Below are positions 57,324-64,000 of a stretch of 64,000 nucleotides of DNA, piece after piece. The stretch's first letter is position 1, and each line of letters begins with the position of its first letter. The position numbers and the translations under genes are program-made. The stretch covers positions 6,058 through 70,057 of the forward strand of contig JAZQAZ010000030.1 of NCBI GenBank assembly GCA_045545475.1. Direction: 5' to 3'. The notes below the pieces were generated by a model. It ran no database searches and had not been told where the DNA came from. It saw only the letters and a list, made by a program, of their open reading frames with translations. The DNA is from Clostridia bacterium. Lineage in GTDB: Bacteria > Bacillota > Clostridia > CAKSNL01 > HGM11501.

Positions 57324-58493
57324 ATGAAGACATTTATTAAAAACGGAACCGTTTTCAAAGAGGGCGGCATTTCTGACGGCATACTCGTTATCGAGGACGG
57401 AAAAATTATCGATACGGATTACTTTGGTGAAATCCCCGAAAACTCACGGGTTATCGATGCCAAAGGCAATTACGTAATGCCCGGCTTTGTCGAGATTCAC
57501 GCCCACGGCGGTGGCGGTGCCGACTTTATGGATAAAACGGCTGATGCCTTTGAAACGGTAGCGAAAACCCACAGAAAATGCGGCACCACAACGATTTTAC
57601 CCACCACTGTTGCCGCAAGCTATGAATCTTTATTAAAGGTGTTTGAAACCTATCGCAAAGTTTCTGCTTCAAAGACCATAAATTTCGGTGGACTTCACTT
57701 AGAGGGTCCATTTATCTCCATGGAAATGAAGGGCGCACAAAACCCCGCCTTTATAAGAAATCCCGAAAAGGCAGAGGTTGATGCTTTGATAGAAGCAGGC
57801 GGTGACATTATTAAAAAATGCACCGTCGCGCCGGAAATTCTGGGAATCGACTATCTTGCAAAAAAGTTTACCGATAACGGAATTTATCTTTCATCGGGCC
57901 ATTCAAACGGCACATTTACCGATATTGAAAAGGGCTTTTCTCTTGGCATACGCCACATCACCCATATGTATTCAAATACACCGACGGTGAGAAAAATCAA
58001 TCAGACGGTTTATGCAGGAATTGTTGAAGCGGCGTATTACCTGGATGATATGCGAATCGAATTTATCGGCGACGGCTGTCATTTCCCGAAGGAAGCACTT
58101 AAAATGGCGGTGAAGATAAAGGGAATTGACAAAATCAATTTAACCTCGGATGCTATGAGGGCGGCAGGAACTAACGCTTCCGAAAGCTATCTTGGCGAAT
58201 GTCTGCCCGAAAACCGTGTTATCATCGAAGACGGTGTTGCAAAGCTCCCCGACAGAAGCTTTTTTGCAGGAAGCATCGCAACCGGAGACCGAATGCTTCG
58301 CTGGGCGCATTTTGATGCGGGACTCTCACTTTCTGATGCTCTTCGCCTTTTAACCTTATCTCCTTCAAAGGCAGTAGGTATTGATAAGGAAAAAGGAAGC
58401 ATAAAAAAGGGCAAGGATGCGGATATAATCATCTTAAATAAAGACCTTTTTGTTGAAGAAACCTATATTGCAAGGGATTTTAAGGAGGCTTAA
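57324..58493 (+). CDS. nagA: N-acetylglucosamine-6-phosphate deacetylase
   Basis: PGFVEIHAHGGGGADF metal-binding motif. Confidence 0.8.
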   Translation: MKTFIKNGTVFKEGGISDGILVIEDGKIIDTDYFGEIPENSRVIDAKGNYVMPGFVEIHAHGGGGADFMDKTADAFETVAKTHRKCGTTTILPTTVAASYESLLKVFETYRKVSASKTINFGGLHLEGPFISMEMKGAQNPAFIRNPEKAEVDALIEAGGDIIKKCTVAPEILGIDYLAKKFTDNGIYLSSGHSNGTFTDIEKGFSLGIRHITHMYSNTPTVRKINQTVYAGIVEAAYYLDDMRIEFIGDGCHFPKEALKMAVKIKGIDKINLTSDAMRAAGTNASESYLGECLPENRVIIEDGVAKLPDRSFFAGSIATGDRMLRWAHFDAGLSLSDALRLLTLSPSKAVGIDKEKGSIKKGKDADIIILNKDLFVEETYIARDFKEA

Positions 58494-58495
58494 AA

Positions 58496-60349
58496 ATGAT
58501 TACTTTCAAAAACTTATTCCCCGAATTAAAAGAGGGCGTTGCGGAATACATAAAATTCCACAAAATTGAAGACCTTTCCCTTTCCGTGGAAATCTGTGAA
58601 AGCAAGGACAACACCCTGAAAATTGAAAAAAGCGGTGATGCCGTAAAGCTTAGTCTTCCCCGCCCTTTCACCCTTTTCCGCGCTCTTACCATAGTAAGAT
58701 GCCATCTTGATGAGGATGTTTTCACCTACTCTGAAAAGCTTATGTTTGACCTGGGCTGTCCTATGTTTGACGGCTCTCAGGCAAGCTCCTTAATGAATCT
58801 TGACACACTTAAAAAAATGACGGTTATTTTAGCCTCCATGGGCTTTAATTCCATGATGCTTTATATGGAAGACTGCTATGAAATTGAGGGCGAGCCATAC
58901 TTTGGCAATATGCGACCGAGGTATAAAAAAGCAGAGCTGAAGGAAATCGACCGCTATGCCGCATCCTTCGGAATTGAGGTTATTCCCTGCATCCAGGCTC
59001 TTGCCCATATGACGGAAGCCCTTAAAAGAAAGCCTTATAAATCGATTGCCGACCGCGAAAACATAATGTCCCCGGCAGAGGATGCCACCTATGCCTTAAT
59101 TGAAAAAATGCTTCAAACCACAAGAGAGTGCTTTAAGAGCGACCGTATTCATATCGGTATGGATGAGGCGTGGGGTCTGGGAACAGGGGGCTACTTAAAG
59201 AAAATGGGTTATGTTCCCGCCACGGAAATTATGGCAGAGCATCTTAAAAAAGTTTCGGCACTATGCAGAAAGTATTCCTACAAGCCTATGATGTGGTGCG
59301 ATATGTTCTTCCGTGCAAAGTCAAAAACCGACGACTATTTTGATGAGGCGGTAACATTCACAGAAGAAGACAGGTTATCTGTTCCCGATGGTATGGCACT
59401 TTGCTACTGGGACTATTACAAGACAGATTCCGCCCACTACGAAAAATACATAGATAAGCTTTCCGTAATTTCCGACAACATAATTTTTGCAGGCTGTGCA
59501 AGAAATGTTCGAACCTTCGGAAATCACTTTGACCTCGGAAAAGTAACAACCGACGCCGCTATGGAAGCCTTGAAGAAAAAAGGGATAAGAGAATTTTTAG
59601 CAACGGTCTGGGGCGATGACCACAGGGAAAGCTCCACCTTCGCTGTCCTTACACAGCTTCAGCTTTTCGCCGAGCATATGTATTCTGAAAGCACACCCGA
59701 TTTTGATATGGCAAAGCTTCATTTCGGTGCAAGTACAGATGTTCCCTGGGAAGCATTTTCGGATATTGATGCCATAGATTCCATCCCCGGCTATACCGAA
59801 GGTAAAAATTCACCTATGCCCATATCAAAAATGATTATGTGGCAGAATGTTTTAATGGGCCTTTTCGATTTTGATTTAAGGAACAAGGATTTTTACGCTC
59901 ACTATAATGCCCTTAAAGATAAGTTTCTGGCATCTACTGAAAAATATCCCGAATACTCCCACATTTTCAAGTTTTATTACAATGTTGCAAACGTGCTTAA
60001 AAACAAGGCTGAAATAGGTCTTAAGCTTAAAGATGCTTACGATGCAAAGGACAAGGAAAAGCTTTCCTCTCTGCTTTGCACATTAAAAGAGCTTTACGAT
60101 GATATGACTGCACTTCGCCTTGCCCACAGAGATTATTTCTATACAGAATATAAGCCCATCGGCTGGGAAGTTCTTGACATCCGCTACGGTGGTGCTATAA
60201 TGGGAATAGACACGGCGATAAAAAGAGTTACAGACTTCCTTGAAGGAAAAACCGACAGCATTGAAGAGCTTTCGGAAGAAAGGCTTCCCGACTGGTTTAT
60301 AAACTATAAAAACATTTCAACGGCAAGCGGTATATCCACCGGTGTATAA
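58496..60349 (+). CDS. GH20-like beta-N-acetylhexosaminidase-type hydrolase (putative, cytoplasmic)
   Basis: IHIGMDEA resembles GH20 H-x-G-G-D-E catalytic motif; genomic context nagB-nagA. Confidence 0.4.
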   Translation: MITFKNLFPELKEGVAEYIKFHKIEDLSLSVEICESKDNTLKIEKSGDAVKLSLPRPFTLFRALTIVRCHLDEDVFTYSEKLMFDLGCPMFDGSQASSLMNLDTLKKMTVILASMGFNSMMLYMEDCYEIEGEPYFGNMRPRYKKAELKEIDRYAASFGIEVIPCIQALAHMTEALKRKPYKSIADRENIMSPAEDATYALIEKMLQTTRECFKSDRIHIGMDEAWGLGTGGYLKKMGYVPATEIMAEHLKKVSALCRKYSYKPMMWCDMFFRAKSKTDDYFDEAVTFTEEDRLSVPDGMALCYWDYYKTDSAHYEKYIDKLSVISDNIIFAGCARNVRTFGNHFDLGKVTTDAAMEALKKKGIREFLATVWGDDHRESSTFAVLTQLQLFAEHMYSESTPDFDMAKLHFGASTDVPWEAFSDIDAIDSIPGYTEGKNSPMPISKMIMWQNVLMGLFDFDLRNKDFYAHYNALKDKFLASTEKYPEYSHIFKFYYNVANVLKNKAEIGLKLKDAYDAKDKEKLSSLLCTLKELYDDMTALRLAHRDYFYTEYKPIGWEVLDIRYGGAIMGIDTAIKRVTDFLEGKTDSIEELSEERLPDWFINYKNISTASGISTGV

Positions 60350-60386
60350 TATAAGCAAAATCCCATAAGGCTTAAGGAGGATAAGT

Positions 60387-61259
60387 ATGATTCAGAAGGG
60401 AATATTAGACGAAATCGGCTTTACTGCAGACTTAAACAGGCAATACGAAAAATATAAAGCTATGTCAGGCGATGAACCCGATATTCTTGCAGACAGCTTT
60501 ATGAAGGGCGAAAAGAATATAAAGACCGCAATAGAGGAAATGGATGCGTCTGTTATGGGCGGCGTTCCCCAATATGCAAAGTATTTGCTTTTCTTTTTAT
60601 CCTGCACAGGACCTTTGTATGAAAAGTACAAGGATAACGGCTATTCCGATGAGCTTTATATTGACACAATGAAGGATATTTCATGTAAAGTAAACGAAAA
60701 CCTTGATTTGTATGACGATATAGGTATCTCTTCTCCCAACTGGTTCAGCGATTACTTTAAATTGACAAGATTTGGCTTTGGCAGAATGCAGTTTGACATA
60801 ACTCATCATCCGTGTGAAGCTGTAGAGATAGCAGGTCACATTGTAAATGAGGGCGACTTTATCATAAAGGGACACGTTCCCTCCACCGGTCCCCTTATTT
60901 ACGAAGAGTGTATGAAATCCTATAAAAAAGCCTACGGGTTTGTGAAAGACAAATTTTCCGGCAATCTTTTGCCCGTGGAATACTGGTCGTGGATGCTTTT
61001 CCCGCACTATAAAGACTTTTTCGGCGAAGGCTCAAATTCAAAAAGATTTATTTCCGACTATAAGGTTTTCGGACACTTTGAAACAGATGTCTTCCACGAT
61101 GCATGGAGAATATTCGGAAAAGATGCAGGTAAAGAAAAAGAAAATTTGCCTTCCAAAACCAGCCTGCAAAGGAAATTCATTGAATATATCGGCCCCGGAA
61201 AGACTTACGGCTACGGTAAAGGAATATTTTTGTTTGACGGCGAAAATATAATTAAATAA
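60387..61259 (+). CDS. hypothetical protein (290 aa) in amino-sugar cluster
   Basis: ORF with SD AAGGAGG; no family recognised. Confidence 0.4.
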   Translation: MIQKGILDEIGFTADLNRQYEKYKAMSGDEPDILADSFMKGEKNIKTAIEEMDASVMGGVPQYAKYLLFFLSCTGPLYEKYKDNGYSDELYIDTMKDISCKVNENLDLYDDIGISSPNWFSDYFKLTRFGFGRMQFDITHHPCEAVEIAGHIVNEGDFIIKGHVPSTGPLIYEECMKSYKKAYGFVKDKFSGNLLPVEYWSWMLFPHYKDFFGEGSNSKRFISDYKVFGHFETDVFHDAWRIFGKDAGKEKENLPSKTSLQRKFIEYIGPGKTYGYGKGIFLFDGENIIK

Positions 61260-61334
61260 TTGCATAAATCCCTTTCCCGGAAAAACAAAAAAGCTCTTAG
61301 ACATTTTTGTATATAAATAAGAAAGAAATTTCTC

Positions 61335-61363
61335 TTGCAAAAAACGATTTTTTCTGCTATAAT
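61335..61363 (+). promoter_or_regulatory. putative proS promoter TTGCAA-17-TATAAT
   Basis: Read directly. Confidence 0.45.
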
Positions 61364-61365
61364 AC

Positions 61366-61420
61366 GCTTGGTATGCCATTTTCTTTCGAAAATGAGTATC
61401 AAGCGTGTTTTTTTCGTTAA
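61366..61420 (+). terminator. hairpin + U-run between upstream gene and proS (terminator whose 5' arm overlaps proS promoter +1)
   Basis: GCTTGGTATGCCATTTTC-TTTC-GAAAATGAGTATCAAGC followed by GTGTTTTTTT. Confidence 0.5.
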
Positions 61421-61450
61421 ATAATGTAATTTATATAAAGGGGATTTTTT

Positions 61451-63145
61451 ATGAAAGCATCAAAATTACTTATGCCTACTTTAAGAGAGGCACCGGCAGA
61501 AGCCGAAATCGCAAGCCACGTTTTAATGATGCGTGCAGGTTTAATCAGTAAGCTTGCCGCAGGCGTATATTCCTACCTTCCCTTAGGTCTTCGTGTCCTT
61601 CAGAACACCGAACGTATTATAAGAGAAGAAATGAACAAAGCAGGCGCACAGGAGCTTTTGATGAGTGCTCTTCTTCCTGCCGAGTGCTATCAGAAGTCCG
61701 GCAGATGGGACCGTTTCGGCGATGATATGTTCCGCCTTAAGGACCGTAACAGCCGTGATTTCTGCTTAGGTCCCACTCACGAGGAAATTTTCACACAGAC
61801 AGTTATTGACTCTGTTCATTCTTACAAGGATTATCCTTACACTCTCTATCAGATTCAGACCAAGTACCGTGACGAGCGTCGTCCCAGATTCGGCGTTATG
61901 AGAACAAGAGAGTTTCTGATGAAGGATGCATACAGCTTTGACATTTCCAGAGAAGGACTTGATGAGTCCTACAAGGCAATGTATGACGCTTACAGAAAGA
62001 CCTTTGACCGCATGGGACTTAACTATATGATAGTTGATGCAGATACCGGTGCAATGGGCGGTTCCGGAAGCCAGGAATTTATGGTTATTTCCGATGTAGG
62101 AGAAGACACAATCGCATACTGCGAGGACTGCCGTTATTCCGCAAACATCGAAAAGGCTGTCTGCATAACAGGCGAAGCAGACAATTCCGAAATGCTTCCC
62201 ATGAACAAGGTTGCTACTCCTGATGCAAAAACCATCGAAGAGGTTGCCGCATTCTTCGGAAAAGAGGCAAAGGACTTTGTTAAGACCATGATTTACAATG
62301 CAGAGGGTAAGCTTTATGCTGTACTTGTTCGCGGAGACAGAGAAATTAACGAGGTTAAGCTTGCAAATAAATTAGGCGTTGGCGAAGTTGCTCTTGCAGA
62401 TCCCGCCGACGTAGTTGAAGTTACCAACGCAAAGGTTGGCTTTGCAGGCCCCGTTGGACTTAAGATTGACATCGTTGCAGACAACGAAGTTATGAAGATG
62501 CGTAACTTCATCGTTGGTGCAAATGAAACAGACTGCCACATCGAAAACGTAAATCCCGAAAGAGACTTTACTGCAGCAATTGTTGATGACATAAGAAACA
62601 TTGAAGACGGCGACATCTGCCCCGTTTGCGGAAAGACCATTAAAACCGCTCAGGGCATCGAGGTTGGTCACATCTTCAAGCTCGGCACAAAGTATTCCGA
62701 GGCCTTAGGTCTTAACTATGTTGACGAGAAGGGCGAAGAAAATCCCGTTATTATGGGTTGCTACGGCATAGGCATCAACAGATGCGTTGCCGCAATAATT
62801 GAGCAGAACAACGACGATGCCGGTATTATCTGGCCCATGGACGTTGCTCCCTACAAGGCAGTTGTTGTTCCCGTAAATGTTAAGGACGAAACTCAGCTTA
62901 ACCTTGCAGAAAAGATTACAAAAGAGCTTGAAGATGCAGGTGTTGAAGTTATAATAGACGACAGAGACGAGCGTCCCGGCGTTAAATTCAAGGACTGGGA
63001 TTTAATTGGTATTCCCGTAAGAATTACAGTTGGTAAGAAGGCTTCTGACGGTATCGTTGAATATAAGCTTCGTGCTGAAAAGGAATATACCGATATGACA
63101 GCGGAAGATGCTGTTAAGACAGCCCTTGACCTTATAAAGAAATAA
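61451..63145 (+). CDS. proS: proline--tRNA ligase (bacterial type with editing domain)
   Basis: Class II motifs, 564 aa, MRAGLI ... FRLKDRN. Confidence 0.9.
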   Translation: MKASKLLMPTLREAPAEAEIASHVLMMRAGLISKLAAGVYSYLPLGLRVLQNTERIIREEMNKAGAQELLMSALLPAECYQKSGRWDRFGDDMFRLKDRNSRDFCLGPTHEEIFTQTVIDSVHSYKDYPYTLYQIQTKYRDERRPRFGVMRTREFLMKDAYSFDISREGLDESYKAMYDAYRKTFDRMGLNYMIVDADTGAMGGSGSQEFMVISDVGEDTIAYCEDCRYSANIEKAVCITGEADNSEMLPMNKVATPDAKTIEEVAAFFGKEAKDFVKTMIYNAEGKLYAVLVRGDREINEVKLANKLGVGEVALADPADVVEVTNAKVGFAGPVGLKIDIVADNEVMKMRNFIVGANETDCHIENVNPERDFTAAIVDDIRNIEDGDICPVCGKTIKTAQGIEVGHIFKLGTKYSEALGLNYVDEKGEENPVIMGCYGIGINRCVAAIIEQNNDDAGIIWPMDVAPYKAVVVPVNVKDETQLNLAEKITKELEDAGVEVIIDDRDERPGVKFKDWDLIGIPVRITVGKKASDGIVEYKLRAEKEYTDMTAEDAVKTALDLIKK

Positions 63146-63176
63146 TTCGTTTAACTTTCGAGAAAGGAGGGCCATC

Positions 63177-64000
63177 ATGCCCGGATTGATTCAGGAATTA
63201 GGTATTGACCTTGGCACAACCTCAGTTTTGGTTTATGTTCCAGACAAGGGTGTTGTACTGCGTGAGCCCTCTTTAGTGGCGATAGACGCATCAAGCAAGA
63301 AGATCCGTGCGGTCGGAGATGCGGCACAGGTCATGCTTTCCAAAACTCCCGGTGAAGTTATTGCAATACGTCCCCTTAAAGACGGGGTAATTTCTGACTA
63401 TTTCACAACGGAAAAAATGCTTCGAAACTTCCTTTTAAGATTGAACAAAAACAAAATATTAAAACCCAGAGTTGTAATTTGTGTTCCAAGCTCCGTAACG
63501 GAAGTTGAAAAAAGAGCCGTGGTAGAAGCGGCCGAAGCAGCAGGTGCAAGGCAGGCTCTGGTTATCGAAGAGCCTTTGGCCGCCGCAATCGGTGCAGGAA
63601 TTGATATTTCACGTCCAATTGGTTCCCTTGTTGTTGATATCGGCGGCGGAACAACAGATACCGCAGTTATTTCCTTTGGCGGAATCGTAGTGTCAAATTC
63701 CATTAAAACTGCAGGAAACAGCTTTGATGAGGCTATCGTAAGATACATAAGAGACAAATACGGCATCGCCATCGGCGAACGTACCGCAGAAAACATAAAA
63801 ATAAATATCGGATGTGTATTTCCGAGAGATGAAGAACTCAGCATGGATGTTCTTGGAAGAAGTCTGGTCTCTGGTCTTCCCAAAACAGTCAATGTCACAA
63901 GTTCCGAGCTTCTTGCTCCATTGGCAGAGTGCTTTTCAGACATTATTGATTCGGTGCACACCACCCTTTCCCAGACTCCTCCGGAACTGGTTTCAGATAT
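63177..64000 (+). CDS. mreB: rod-shape-determining protein MreB/Mbl (C-terminally truncated by window end)
   Basis: Actin-fold LGIDLGTTS, VVDIGGGTTD; SD AAAGGAGGG. Confidence 0.85.
   Translation, partial: MPGLIQELGIDLGTTSVLVYVPDKGVVLREPSLVAIDASSKKIRAVGDAAQVMLSKTPGEVIAIRPLKDGVISDYFTTEKMLRNFLLRLNKNKILKPRVVICVPSSVTEVEKRAVVEAAEAAGARQALVIEEPLAAAIGAGIDISRPIGSLVVDIGGGTTDTAVISFGGIVVSNSIKTAGNSFDEAIVRYIRDKYGIAIGERTAENIKINIGCVFPRDEELSMDVLGRSLVSGLPKTVNVTSSELLAPLAECFSDIIDSVHTTLSQTPPELVSD

Noticed and set aside
61260-61450. T-box riboswitch upstream of proS
   Set aside because: Leader too short (~80 nt) and lacks a specifier-loop / T-box sequence (AATTAGGGTGGNACCGCG-like) recognisable by eye.
62314-62671. 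two ~100-aa minus-strand ORFs
   Set aside because: Antisense to proS.
63398-63964. 188-aa minus-strand ORF
   Set aside because: Antisense to mreB, which has strong conserved actin-fold motifs.

Overview
This ~64 kb window looks like chromosomal DNA from a low-GC, endospore-forming Firmicute of the Clostridia type. The evidence is AT-rich intergenic regions, GGAGG-type ribosome-binding sites, several sporulation genes and S-layer-homology (SLH) surface proteins. Most of the window is dense core genome.

Core genes recognised:
- Sporulation: uninterrupted pro-sigK, spoIIP, a spoIIAA-spoIIAB-sigF operon, and a GerMN lipoprotein downstream of a WalRK-like two-component system.
- Translation and tRNA modification: rplM-rpsI, proS, cca, tsaB, tsaE, mtaB and an rlmI-like methyltransferase.
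- Metabolism: argF with a putative ARG box, type III glutamine synthetase, rpiB, nrdR, pyrP-pyrR with a pyr-type attenuator, relQ-type alarmone synthetase, Ppx/GppA.
- Sugar use: an amino-sugar cluster (NagB-like, NagA, GH20-like, divergent AraC regulator) and a GH38 alpha-mannosidase.
- Surface and secretion: a 1032-aa SLH protein with (TGDDT)n linker and near-identical internal repeats, a 307-aa SLH protein, a 505-aa secreted tandem-repeat protein, and a Wzz/BY-kinase pair with no other capsule genes.

Accessory and unusual content:
- A duplicated ~310-bp module encoding a small XRE regulator preceded by a conserved operator of two inverted 15-bp boxes. Each copy is paired with a divergent XRE gene, one of them an S24-peptidase CI-like repressor.
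- A minimal IS200/IS605-type tnpA inserted at a convergent terminator hairpin, flanked by a 17-nt direct repeat.
- An AraC-controlled three-gene operon: creatinase-like M24 protein, a small sensory-rhodopsin-transducer (DUF1362)-like protein, and a creatininase-family protein.
- A CAT/E2-fold acyltransferase (possible catalytic His to Glu change) with an acyl-CoA ligase.
- A zinc-ribbon membrane protein and a periodic Cys-rich protein downstream of long perfect palindromes.
- No CRISPR array, rRNA or tRNA genes were found.
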